Source of the DNA: Bryobacterales bacterium
Lineage (GTDB): Bacteria; Acidobacteriota; Terriglobia; Bryobacterales; UBA6623
DNA: 64,000 nt
Assembly: GCA_965206655.1 (NCBI GenBank)
Contig: CBDBKC010000034.1
Coordinates: 365,613-429,612 of the forward strand
Reading direction: 5' to 3'
The notes under the pieces are model-generated. The model was given only the letters and a program-made list of their open reading frames with translations. It was not told the origin of the DNA and made no database searches. Positions 12,174 to 21,565 of the stretch are shown piece after piece (position 1 is the stretch's first letter; each line of letters opens with the position of its first letter). The position numbers and the translations under genes were made by a program.

Positions 12174-13472
12174 TCAGTCGTCGATATCCACCGGAGCTCC
12201 GGCCGGGCGGGTTTTGGAAGCTGCAGGCTTCGGAGCCGGCGTCTTGCGGGGCGCTGTCGAGCGTCCGCGGGAAGGTCTTCGACCGCGGCTTGGCGATGAG
12301 CGTCTGGCTGGGGGCTTTGCTTTGGGCGTATCGTTCGCGGAGCTCGGCTCGGCAACCTCCTGGCCACCCGCGTCCGACTCCTCGACAGGGCTCGACAGGG
12401 CATCGCCGGTCTTCTTAGAACTGGACGGATTGAGAAGTTCGTCGCCTGGGTAGTATCGCAGCCCATGCTCAAGGTCGGCCTCCACGCGCACCAGACCCTT
12501 GTCGCGGGCGTAATTGAGAAGCTCGGCGAACTCCGAAAAGCCATAGTCGGTCTGTTTGAAGTCCGGGTCGGCTGCCGAGACGACCGCTTCCACCTCGCGC
12601 TCCGGGATCCCCATGGCCAGAATGTCAGTATTGGCTTCCAGCACCTCGCTGAGCATTCGAATGGCGTCTTCCTGATCTCGCGTGCCTCCGTTCGTGGCTT
12701 CTTCGTCGTCACCTGAACGCTCAACCATCTTCTGCCCGTCGACCGTTCGAACCGAAAGATGGCCGTCTTTGACCAGCTTTTCGATGAAGCCGGAGAACGA
12801 GGATGCACCGTAATCCCGCTCACTGAACGCGGAATCGAGTTGCTGCATGGTGCTCTTGAGGAGCCCAAGCTGTGGTTGTACGTTCCGCATGTCGAGTGAG
12901 TGCAACGCCCGATCAATCAGCGGAATGGCTCGATTGAGCGGCAGAGACCGGCGGGGCCGGGAGCGCTGTCCCGATCCGCCACCCCGGCGCGAGCGCGGCG
13001 CTTCGCTGTCGAGCAGTGACTCGTAGCTGACGAACTCGTGACAGTTCCTCTGCAGGATCGTGCTTGTGAAAGCCTTGCCGCCCACGATGTAGACGCGCTT
13101 GTTGGATTGCTTGAGCTTGTTCACCAGCGGCATAAAGTCGCTGTCGCCGCTGATGATGGCGAAGGCGTTGATATGCTCTCGGGTGAACGCCATTTCCAGG
13201 GCGTCGAGGGCGAGGTTAATGTCGCCCCCGTTTTTGTCGCCCATGGGTGTCGTGTCGCGCTGCACCATTTGAACGCCCTGCTCGCTGAAAGCGCGTGCGG
13301 AATTGCCGTGACGGCTCCAGTCGCCGTAAGCGGTCTTCGACACCACCTCCCCGCGCTCCTTGAGCCCGTCGAGGACGATGCGAACGCTGAATTCGCGATG
13401 AAGGGTTGTTTTGACGCCGATTTCGATATTGTCGTAGTCGATGAAGACCGCGATCTTCTGTTGTTCTTCCAC
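12174..13472 (-). CDS. NYN (LabA-like) domain protein with OST-HTH/LOTUS-type repeats and a basic low-complexity tail
   Basis: The N-terminus KIAVFIDYDNIEIG...GDINLALDALEMAF...FAIISGDSDFMPLVNKLKQSNKRVYIVG is the NYN/LabA signature. The middle has two segments typical of OST-HTH (LLKSTMQQLDSAFSERDYGASSFSGFIEKL; ...DYGFSEFAELLNYARDKGLVRV). Confidence 0.8.
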   Translation of the reverse strand: MEEQQKIAVFIDYDNIEIGVKTTLHREFSVRIVLDGLKERGEVVSKTAYGDWSRHGNSARAFSEQGVQMVQRDTTPMGDKNGGDINLALDALEMAFTREHINAFAIISGDSDFMPLVNKLKQSNKRVYIVGGKAFTSTILQRNCHEFVSYESLLDSEAPRSRRGGGSGQRSRPRRSLPLNRAIPLIDRALHSLDMRNVQPQLGLLKSTMQQLDSAFSERDYGASSFSGFIEKLVKDGHLSVRTVDGQKMVERSGDDEEATNGGTRDQEDAIRMLSEVLEANTDILAMGIPEREVEAVVSAADPDFKQTDYGFSEFAELLNYARDKGLVRVEADLEHGLRYYPGDELLNPSSSKKTGDALSSPVEESDAGGQEVAEPSSANDTPKAKPPARRSSPSRGRRPSRGRSTAPRKTPAPKPAASKTRPAGAPVDIDD

Positions 13473-13547
13473 GCCCTATTATATCCAGGGCGCGGCATGT
13501 AGGAACATTTCGGCAAAAAATGTTTTGCCGAGGCCCTGACGGGCCTG

Positions 13548-14894
13548 CTAAGGCTTCCGGCGGATCTTCTTGTAGCGTTCGCTGTAGCCGGCCGATTCGG
13601 CGACGGCGACTTTGACGGGGATCTTGAACGGGGCTAATTTGTCGCGACAGAAGGCGCGAACTCGCTTCTTCAGGTCGGAGACCGCCACGGGCGCCGCCAG
13701 GACGACCCGGGCCACAACGATCTGCCCGGTCAATGGATTCTGTTCGCCCGTGACCGTGGCATCGACGATCCCGTCCATCTCCATCAGAACGCTCTCGACC
13801 TCGGCGGGGTAGACCTTCTGCCCGCCCACGTTGATGATCTCGGATCGCCGGCCCAGTATCCGCAGGTATTCACCGTCGACCTCAACCTCGTCTTCGGTAT
13901 TCAACCAGCCGTCATCGTCGAAGGGGCTCGGCGCGTTGAGGTAACCCCTCATCGCCGAGTGGGCGCGAATCCTTAGCGTGCCGTCCTGGACCTTCGTCTC
14001 GAAGCCTTCTCCGCCCAGTTTGACCCAGAGCGAATTCGAGTCACGAGACTTCGACCGCAGAATCCCGAGTTCCGTGAGACCGTAGGTTTGCTGGAGTCGA
14101 GCTGTTGGCAACCCATCGGCGAGGCGCTGAAGCGTCGTTTTCGGCATCGGCTCGGTCCCATAGGTAATTACCTCGAGCGAGGTCAGGTCGTAACGTCGAT
14201 AGGCCTCGGATACAAGCAGCAAGTTCAAGAACGTCGGGGACGTGGGTAGCACCTGAACGCGTTGCTTCTCGATGACGGAACACACCGCATCCGGGTCGCG
14301 GCTTTCAAGGGCGACCACCGTGCCGCCGTTTGAGAAGACGTGGACCAGGGTGTTTATGCCCCCGATGTGATCGAGGAGTAGGAAGGTCACTGTGCGTTTG
14401 GCGTGCCGGATCTTCTTGAACTTCTCGAGCAGTGCGTCGAGGTCATGAAGCGCCGCTTTGCTCTTGCCCGTGGAGCCGGAAGAGAACAGAATGAGACCGG
14501 GCTTACCCTCTTGGACCAACTGCTTTGTCAGCGGGTTCGAAACGGTAGCCTCGCGTTTCGAAATCAGAGGCAGGTCGTCCTCGAGAGGGTGGACTTCCCA
14601 CTGCACATCCGCGATTGCCAACCACTCGGATCGGTGGGGTTTGGCGGACGCCGTCAGCGGGACGAGGATGCAACGGCGTTGGATCAAGGCCAACAACATG
14701 GCGCAGCAGGACAGGGAGAAATCGCCGTCGAGCGTGACGACGTGGCCCGCTTTGACACCGTGCGCATCAAGCAGAGCGGCGTAGTCTTGGACGCGCCGCA
14801 ACAGGTCCCCGTACGTATAGGAGCGGTCCCGCCAGGAAAGCGCCGGCCGGTCCGCATAGCCGTTCAGGCGTTCGAAGAGCCACGAGGAAGACAT
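13548..14894 (-). CDS. AMP-dependent synthetase/ligase (acyl-AMP/acyl-ACP ligase type)
   Basis: LILFSSGSTGKSKAALH (AMP-binding motif I), ...QTYGLTELG..., ...GWLNTEDEV...GRRSEIINVGGQKVYPAEVE... Its start overlaps the SDR stop (TGATG at 14892..14896). Confidence 0.9.
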   Translation of the reverse strand: MSSSWLFERLNGYADRPALSWRDRSYTYGDLLRRVQDYAALLDAHGVKAGHVVTLDGDFSLSCCAMLLALIQRRCILVPLTASAKPHRSEWLAIADVQWEVHPLEDDLPLISKREATVSNPLTKQLVQEGKPGLILFSSGSTGKSKAALHDLDALLEKFKKIRHAKRTVTFLLLDHIGGINTLVHVFSNGGTVVALESRDPDAVCSVIEKQRVQVLPTSPTFLNLLLVSEAYRRYDLTSLEVITYGTEPMPKTTLQRLADGLPTARLQQTYGLTELGILRSKSRDSNSLWVKLGGEGFETKVQDGTLRIRAHSAMRGYLNAPSPFDDDGWLNTEDEVEVDGEYLRILGRRSEIINVGGQKVYPAEVESVLMEMDGIVDATVTGEQNPLTGQIVVARVVLAAPVAVSDLKKRVRAFCRDKLAPFKIPVKVAVAESAGYSERYKKIRRKP

Positions 14895-15595
14895 CAGGCG
14901 CCGCCGAGATAGATCACCTGGCCCGTGATGTAATCGCTCGCGGACTGGACAAAGAAATCAACCACGTTACCGACGTCTTCGAAGCGGCCAAGCCGCCGAA
15001 TCGCGAGCCGATCGACGATCGCTTGGATCTTTTCCGATGGGACGCCACGGATCAAGTCAGTTTCGATCGGGGTCGGCGCGACGACGTTGCAGGTGATGCC
15101 GAACTCCGCGAACTCGGCGGCCAGAATCCGTGTGAGGGTCACAACGGCGTCCTTCGACGCCGCGTAGATGGCTTCTCCCTGAATGTTCATGGGGCCGGCA
15201 ACCGAGCCGAGATTCACAATCCGTCCGAACCGCAGGCGCTTCATGAGCTTCGCGGCTTCGCGGCTCACGAGAAACGTGCCCCCTACATTCGTATCGAGGA
15301 TCCGGCTCACCGTCTGCCCCGGGGTGAGCAAGGCATGATTCATGGCGGCCACTCCGGCGCAGTTGATGAGGACGTCAAGCCGCCCGTGCCGCCGGCGGAT
15401 CGACGTGAGGAGATCGATCACTTGTTGCTCGTCGGAGATGTCCGTCCGCTGATAGTGAAACGACTCGGCTTCCCAATCGGCGTCTCCGCAGGAACACCCC
15501 TCAACGAATGCACCCTGTTTGAGAAAGTGCTCCGCCAAGTAGCGGCCGATGCCCTTGCGCGCTCCGGTAACTAGTACGACCTTCCGCTCGGTCAC
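14894..15595 (-). CDS. Short-chain dehydrogenase/reductase (FabG-like 3-oxoacyl reductase)
   Basis: VVLVTGARKGIGRYLAEHF (TGxxxGIG), NCAG, and YAASKDAV (YxxxK). The GTG start overlaps the ACP stop (GTGA at 15592..15595). Confidence 0.9.
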   Translation of the reverse strand: MTERKVVLVTGARKGIGRYLAEHFLKQGAFVEGCSCGDADWEAESFHYQRTDISDEQQVIDLLTSIRRRHGRLDVLINCAGVAAMNHALLTPGQTVSRILDTNVGGTFLVSREAAKLMKRLRFGRIVNLGSVAGPMNIQGEAIYAASKDAVVTLTRILAAEFAEFGITCNVVAPTPIETDLIRGVPSEKIQAIVDRLAIRRLGRFEDVGNVVDFFVQSASDYITGQVIYLGGA

Positions 15596-15906
15596 GGCTG
15601 GGCGGCTCTTCCGTCTTCCGCAATCAGAGTGACGATGTAGTCGGTCAGCGTCTGCACGGTCCGGAACGGACTGCGCTTCTGAGACATGGCCCGCTCATCG
15701 GCAAGCGTCACCACGATCTCAAGTTGATCGTCGAGGGCTTGCTCGACATCGACGATGAAATTGACGAGACCAAGTGAATCGAAGTGCGAACCGTTGCCAA
15801 GCAAAGCGGTATCCGCGGCGAGAGGCCCCGGCGGCGGCGGATCCGCCCCTTCCAAGCACTTCAGCAGCAGATCCCGAATCGTTTCGGCAGTGGGAACCGT
15901 CGGCAC
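15592..15906 (-). CDS. Free-standing acyl carrier protein
   Basis: 104 aa with ...LLGNGSHFDSLGLVNFIVDVEQALD; the DSL motif is the phosphopantetheine attachment serine context. Confidence 0.8.
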   Translation of the reverse strand: MPTVPTAETIRDLLLKCLEGADPPPPGPLAADTALLGNGSHFDSLGLVNFIVDVEQALDDQLEIVVTLADERAMSQKRSPFRTVQTLTDYIVTLIAEDGRAAQP

Positions 15907-16005
15907 AGGTTCATTCTACCGATCAAGCCCGCCGCGCGGCCCGTTGGTCTATCCGGGCCCGCTTACTGTGCCACAATACGGGGCCGACGAGGAGCTTCGC
16001 CGAAC

Positions 16006-16539
16006 GTGATCCGTGGTCTTGTATCGAAACTGTGTTTGGCCTCGATCCACCTGTTTCCATCGACGAGATGCTACGGGATCAAGAGGGTGCTATTGACTAT
16101 GGCGGGCCTCAAAGTCGGACGGAATGTCCGATTGATCAGCTCGGCCCGGCTCATTACTCCCTTTGTCGAAATAGGCGACAACACGTTCATCAGCTACGAA
16201 TGCCTGATCGTGGCCGCTCATGGTTCGCGGATCAAGATCGGTGCGAACGTCGACATCGGACCGCAGTGTACGATCACAACCGGCAATCATCGTATCGGGG
16301 GCCCGGAGCATCGAGCCGGTGAGGGTTACGTCGACGACATCGTCATCGAGGACGGTTGTTGGATCGCCCAGAATGCGACCATCCTCGGGGGCGTTCGGAT
16401 CGGCGCCGGCACGATCGTGGCCTCGGGCACTGTGGTGACGCGATCTGTGGGACCGAACCTGATGTGCATCGGCAACCCTATGCGTATTCTGCCGATCCCC
16501 GAACCTGAACAATCCGGCCCAAAAACGAACCAAGACTAG
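16006..16539 (+). CDS. Left-handed beta-helix (hexapeptide-repeat) acyl/acetyltransferase
   Basis: From the in-frame GTG at 16006: VIRGLVSKL...GRNVRLISSARLITPFVEIGDNTFISYECLIVAAHGSRIKIGANVDIGPQCTITTGNH...VIEDGCWIAQNATILGGVRIGAGTIVASGTVVTRSV. The upstream part of track ORF 15784.. overlaps the ACP gene on the other strand. Confidence 0.85.
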   Translation: MIRGLVSKLCLASIHLFPSTRCYGIKRVLLTMAGLKVGRNVRLISSARLITPFVEIGDNTFISYECLIVAAHGSRIKIGANVDIGPQCTITTGNHRIGGPEHRAGEGYVDDIVIEDGCWIAQNATILGGVRIGAGTIVASGTVVTRSVGPNLMCIGNPMRILPIPEPEQSGPKTNQD

Positions 16540-16699
16540 CGCGCGGGTGAGGGACAGCCTCGCCTGCCGCCGGAGCATCGCGAGCAGGTTAACGGTAGAC
16601 CTCGCGAGCCTCGGCTCCAACCTTCTCTCGCCTCGCTTCTCGATACAATGGCGCCAGCATGGCGTTTCTCTCTTTGCGTCATCGCGCGGGTAAAACACT

Positions 16700-18934
16700 A
16701 TGAGAACGATACCGGTGCAAATCGTAGCGGTAGCGGTTTGGACCCTTATGGCCGCCGCGACGTGGGATGGGGCCTTCGCGGCGGAGCGCCGTCCCATGGA
16801 GCCGCTCGACATGCTCAAGATCGAGCGATTGGACAACCCGGAGATCTCTCCGGACGGCGATTGGTTGCTCTACGAGCGCTCAGTTCTGAACTGGAAAGTG
16901 GGCAAGCGATTTACCGACATTCACGTCTCTCGTATGGACGGCAGCGGGGCCCGCCGCATGACGTATAGCGACGACAAAAGCGAGACGGGCGCACAATGGT
17001 CCCGCTCATCGGATGCCATCGTGTTCCTCTCCAACCGTGACGGCCCGAAGCGGCAGGTCTACTGGTTGTCGCTGCATGGCGGTGAGGCCCGCAGGCTGAG
17101 CAATGAGAAGTCCGGCGTTCGAGGCTTTCAGTTGAGCCGCGACGGCCGTTGGTTGGCATTCTTGACCGCGGACCCAAGCAAGGCTCAATTGATGTTGCTT
17201 GATCTCGATAATCCTGAGGAGCCCGCGGCGCAGCTCACCCGCCGCGCTACGTCCGTCGGCCCGTGGCTTTGGCATCCCGACAGTAAACGCGTCCTGTTCG
17301 CCGCCGCTGACGAGGATGACCCCGCCGATCAGAAACGAAAGAAGGAGGGCTTCGACGTAAAGATCAACGCCGAAGAACAACCGGCAAGCAACTTTTGGTC
17401 GATCGGCATCGAGTCAAAAGAAGAAACGAGGCTCACCGAGCACAAAGATCGGCGTCCGAGACAGATCAAGATGTCGCGCGACGGCAAGTATCTCGCTTAC
17501 ACCGCGGCGAGCACCGAGCGCTTTTCGACATCGTGGGACAGTGAGCTCTTCCTGCTCGACATCGACCAAGCCACGACTCGGCGCATCACAAATAACGGGC
17601 AATCGGAAACCGGATTCAAATTCTCTCCCGACAGCGCCTGGCTCGCGTATGTGGGCCCCGACCGTGCCGAACAATACCGCGCCGCGAAAATCTTTCTCGT
17701 CCCGACAGCGGGCGGAAAAGAAAAGAAGCTACTCGGGGATTGGGATCATGACGGCGCGATGAGCTTCTGGGCCCCCGATAGCAAGGCGATCTACTTTGCG
17801 CCGACGCTGGGGCTGAACCGCCAAATGATGCGCGTATCCATTTCGGGCGGAGCGCCCGAGCAAGTGACGAGCGGTGAGCAATTCGTGAATACAAACTACG
17901 ATCACGACGCCAACAAGCTCGTCCTGCGGCGTTCGACTCCCACTGAACCCGAGGAATTCTTCACGACGGAATTGGCCCATCTCGGCGCGTCCGATCAATG
18001 GACGCAGCTTACGGATTCGGCTGGGCAAGTCGATGAGTTTCAGCTTGGAGCCTACGAGCGACTTCGTTGGAAGAGTACGGACGGTAAGGAAGTCGAGGGC
18101 ATTCTTGTCAAGCCGGTCGACTACGAAGAAGGCAAGCGGTACCCCTTGGTAGTACAGGTTCACGGAGGACCCGCGGGCACCTCCACAAATATGTTTCCGA
18201 CTCGCTGGTCGACTTACGTTCACGTGTTCGCCGGCAAAGGTTATGCCGTGTTCCAGCCGAACTACCGCGGCAGTAGCGGCTACGGGGAATCGTTCCGGCG
18301 GCAGATCGCGGGCGACTACTTCCGGCAGGGCTTCGAGGACATCATGACCGGCGTCGACCATCTGATCGAACAGGGCATCGCCGACCCCGACAAGCTGGTT
18401 CACATGGGCTGGAGCGCCGGCGGCCACTGGTCGAATTGGGCGCTGACCCACACTGACCGCTTCAAAGCCATCGCGTCAGGCGCGGGCGCCGTCAACTGGA
18501 TTTCGATGTGGGCACAAAGCGACATGCAGATCAATCGCGAGTTTTACTTCGACGGGAAGCCCTACGACAACCGCGATCACTACCTTGAAGTTTCACCTCT
18601 GACCTATATCAAGAACGCAAAGACGCCGACTCTGATCATGTGTGGAACGAACGACAATCGCGTCCCCAACGCGCAGAGCCGTGAACTCTATCTGAACCTG
18701 CAGAAGTTGGGTGTCCCGGTCGAGTACATCGAGTTCCCCGGCATGCCTCACGGCATCACGAAGCCGCGTTACCAACTCGTCAAGATGCACGCCGAACTGG
18801 CCTGGTTCGACAAGTGGCTGAACGGCAAGGAGGAGTGGCTGGACTGGGAAGAGTTGCTGGCGACCCTTCCGGGCGCGACGAAGAAAGACGACAAGGCACC
18901 CGAGGCCACCGACGGCGGCAACCCAAGTCAGTAG
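16700..18934 (+). CDS. Secreted S9-family serine peptidase (TolB-like propeller + prolyl oligopeptidase/DPP catalytic domain)
   Basis: Signal-like N-terminus; repeated SPDG.W propeller blades; the catalytic domain carries the GWSAGGHW nucleophile elbow and a C-terminal GTNDNRVP...PGMPHG. Confidence 0.92.
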   Translation: MRTIPVQIVAVAVWTLMAAATWDGAFAAERRPMEPLDMLKIERLDNPEISPDGDWLLYERSVLNWKVGKRFTDIHVSRMDGSGARRMTYSDDKSETGAQWSRSSDAIVFLSNRDGPKRQVYWLSLHGGEARRLSNEKSGVRGFQLSRDGRWLAFLTADPSKAQLMLLDLDNPEEPAAQLTRRATSVGPWLWHPDSKRVLFAAADEDDPADQKRKKEGFDVKINAEEQPASNFWSIGIESKEETRLTEHKDRRPRQIKMSRDGKYLAYTAASTERFSTSWDSELFLLDIDQATTRRITNNGQSETGFKFSPDSAWLAYVGPDRAEQYRAAKIFLVPTAGGKEKKLLGDWDHDGAMSFWAPDSKAIYFAPTLGLNRQMMRVSISGGAPEQVTSGEQFVNTNYDHDANKLVLRRSTPTEPEEFFTTELAHLGASDQWTQLTDSAGQVDEFQLGAYERLRWKSTDGKEVEGILVKPVDYEEGKRYPLVVQVHGGPAGTSTNMFPTRWSTYVHVFAGKGYAVFQPNYRGSSGYGESFRRQIAGDYFRQGFEDIMTGVDHLIEQGIADPDKLVHMGWSAGGHWSNWALTHTDRFKAIASGAGAVNWISMWAQSDMQINREFYFDGKPYDNRDHYLEVSPLTYIKNAKTPTLIMCGTNDNRVPNAQSRELYLNLQKLGVPVEYIEFPGMPHGITKPRYQLVKMHAELAWFDKWLNGKEEWLDWEELLATLPGATKKDDKAPEATDGGNPSQ

Positions 18935-21481
18935 CTACTGCGCCAGCGCCTCGCGAGCTCGCTGCCGGTATACCTCGCGCGCTTCCTCGAATTGCGCGTA
19001 GACGTGTTTCTTCTCCGCTTCCGAGCGCCAGCCGAACCAGCCGTCCGCCATTCCTTCGAGCTTGTCGATCCAGCGCAGGAAATACTCGGCCGATTCACGG
19101 CTCCGGATCTTCTTATCCCCCACATAGACGCGGACGCCGTTTGTGAGGGCCTGGCCGAACGAATCGGGGTCGCCTTGCGGGTAGCTGTCAGCTTCCACGA
19201 CCAGCGTGAACCAGCGGCTTTCGCTGAGAGTCACCGGCTCAGACCAGTCGACGCCTTTGCGGTCATCAATCAAGGGCAACTTCTTCCAAACCTCACCGTT
19301 GCTATAGACCACCGCCTCCCGAAGCGGCACAATCGACCACACCTTCGCCGATAAAGTCACTTCCCCGCCGCCGGCGCCGAGCTTTACCTCTTCGCCCGGG
19401 CCCTTACCATTGATCGCGAATTCAACCAGCGGACCGCTGCTGACGTAGATATGGCCGTTCTTGATCGAATCGATCCAGCCCCGCGCGGTGAAATTGTCGC
19501 CGAGGTGGGAATAGGTTCGTATCGCGCCAATCGGCCGATGCTTGCGAAGATTGTTCAGGGCATCCTCACCGCCGACGGGCGTCACGCGAAAGTCGTTGTT
19601 GAGGGCATGGTGGAGGACAATGACGGCCCCACGTGAAGGCGCCGACAACTCAAACCCGTCGGCCGTTCCGAGCGCCATGTCGACCGGAAACCCCTTCGCG
19701 CCGCCCAGGCCCCCTTCCAGCGGGTCCCCATTGCCTCCAAAGGCGTGAACGTAACCGACGGCCGCGCCTTGCGCCTTGGCCTTGCGAAACAGGTCGGTGT
19801 TGCTGGGATAAAGGCTCTCCACACCGGTGCCCTCATAACCCGTGAGGAAGGGAGAGATGAGATGGTCGTCGAGACCGATCATGAACGTGTGCCCCCAAAA
19901 CGGCGGACGGTTCTCTTCGCCGAAAACAACGATCTGCTCCGGATTACCTTCCGATGAAGAGTGCTCACCGCCTCCCTTTTCGAAATACTGCCAATCGAGG
20001 ATGCGGTTGTCTTTGTTCGCGACGAGCGCGCTGAGGATGTCGAGGTCCTGCGCCCGCGCCGTCATCATCAGGTAGTCGGGTGTGATGCGGGCCGAGCCGC
20101 CGTAATTCATGTGGGTATGCGTCGTCCCGCTGTACCAGCCCTTGGCCCCGACGTCGACGATGGAATCCAGCGTGATTTCGACATTCGTAACCTCCCCGGC
20201 TACAACCTCCACATCCCTAGAGACGGGTAAATATTCGAAACCCTTGGCGACTTCGATCGCCAAACGCCCGGCCGGAGCTTCGATCGTGCTTTCGCCATCC
20301 ATATAGAAGATGTTCTGGTTGCGCAAACCGGCGAAACGCGCGGTGATGGGAAAACTTTCGAGCGCCGGGTAGAACTTGCCGTCCGAGGCTTTCGTGATGA
20401 TCCGAGCGGCGGTCGGTTTTCCGCTGCGGCCGTCGGTCACCTTTAGCCGCACAGCGCCAACGGGAACCTTCCAGCGACGATCGGTAATGGTGACCTTCCG
20501 CTGTGCTCCGCCGTACGTTTCGAGCAGCCAAAGTTGGGGCACGCCCTCTTCGTTCGAGATGAAGGCGATCCACTCGCCATCGGGCGACCACACCGGGTCG
20601 AAATGATCGTGGTCGCCGAAGGTCATCTTGTAGGGCTGTCCGCCGGAAGTCGGCAGCACGTAGAGGTGGACAAACTGATCCGCCGCACCCCGAGTCGAGG
20701 AATAGATCATGCGTTTGCCGTCTGGTGACACGTCGGGGCGGGTGCGGAACAGAGTCTGCTCTTGCAGGATGCGCGTGCGACTCTTGAAACCGTCGGCCGT
20801 GGCAGGGATACGCCAGACGTCGCCCGATCCAAGCGGTACATCGCGGTTCGAAACAACGATCAATTCCTCGCCGCTCGGCATCCAGGCGGGTTGGGTATGG
20901 ATGTCCCACTCGCCGAAGTAGAGACGGCTGTTGTGAAACTTGTTGTCGCTACTCATGGCGACAGCGGGGCCGGTCCAGTCACCGTTCTGAATGGAGCGCA
21001 CAAATACGTTGAACGTACCGTTCGGATTGGTGCCGGCGTAAGCCACGCGCTTGCCGTCGGGAGAGAAGACGGGGTCCATGTAGACGTGTCCGTCATTCGT
21101 GAGTGAATGGCCGCGGCCGGTTTGAACATTCAGGATTTCGAGCTGAATGCTCCGCGCGTCGTCGTCCGCCGTATAGATAATCCACTCACCGTCGGCCGAC
21201 CAATCGGGCGCGGAGTGATGTTTCCCGTCGTGCGTCAACTCGGTGGCGGCGCCGCTGGCAACTTCGACCTTCCAAATCGAGCCGAACATCGAGACAGCAA
21301 TCCACTTACCATCGGGCGACCAGGCCGGCGCCCACGGTGTGGGGTTGGGCATGTGTGCCAGGTAATAGCTCGACATGTAGTTGCTGCGCAGCTTGAGGGT
21401 GGGGTACTCGCCGCCCTGGCCGGCCGCGCTTCTCGCGAAGATCAGCAGCCCAATGAATGAATAGATAATGGTTTTCCGCAT
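18935..21481 (-). CDS. Secreted TolB-like beta-propeller fused to a CehA/McbA-family (PHP-like) metallohydrolase domain
   Basis: From the ATG at 21479..21481: MRKTIIYSFIGLLIFARSAAGQ (signal), then WSPDGKW/WSADGEW/FSPDGKR/VSPDGKR/WSPDGEW blades, then ...WYSGTTHTHMNYGG... typical of CehA-type hydrolases. The 50 extra codons in the track ORF reach into the divergent promoter. Confidence 0.85.
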   Translation of the reverse strand: MRKTIIYSFIGLLIFARSAAGQGGEYPTLKLRSNYMSSYYLAHMPNPTPWAPAWSPDGKWIAVSMFGSIWKVEVASGAATELTHDGKHHSAPDWSADGEWIIYTADDDARSIQLEILNVQTGRGHSLTNDGHVYMDPVFSPDGKRVAYAGTNPNGTFNVFVRSIQNGDWTGPAVAMSSDNKFHNSRLYFGEWDIHTQPAWMPSGEELIVVSNRDVPLGSGDVWRIPATADGFKSRTRILQEQTLFRTRPDVSPDGKRMIYSSTRGAADQFVHLYVLPTSGGQPYKMTFGDHDHFDPVWSPDGEWIAFISNEEGVPQLWLLETYGGAQRKVTITDRRWKVPVGAVRLKVTDGRSGKPTAARIITKASDGKFYPALESFPITARFAGLRNQNIFYMDGESTIEAPAGRLAIEVAKGFEYLPVSRDVEVVAGEVTNVEITLDSIVDVGAKGWYSGTTHTHMNYGGSARITPDYLMMTARAQDLDILSALVANKDNRILDWQYFEKGGGEHSSSEGNPEQIVVFGEENRPPFWGHTFMIGLDDHLISPFLTGYEGTGVESLYPSNTDLFRKAKAQGAAVGYVHAFGGNGDPLEGGLGGAKGFPVDMALGTADGFELSAPSRGAVIVLHHALNNDFRVTPVGGEDALNNLRKHRPIGAIRTYSHLGDNFTARGWIDSIKNGHIYVSSGPLVEFAINGKGPGEEVKLGAGGGEVTLSAKVWSIVPLREAVVYSNGEVWKKLPLIDDRKGVDWSEPVTLSESRWFTLVVEADSYPQGDPDSFGQALTNGVRVYVGDKKIRSRESAEYFLRWIDKLEGMADGWFGWRSEAEKKHVYAQFEEAREVYRQRAREALAQ

Positions 21482-21565
21482 AGTCTCTCTGTTGGGCAAG
21501 CGTAGCGAAGCTCCAGGGGTCGCCGCAAGCCATGCAATCAGAAATCGCTGTATGATGGACACCGC

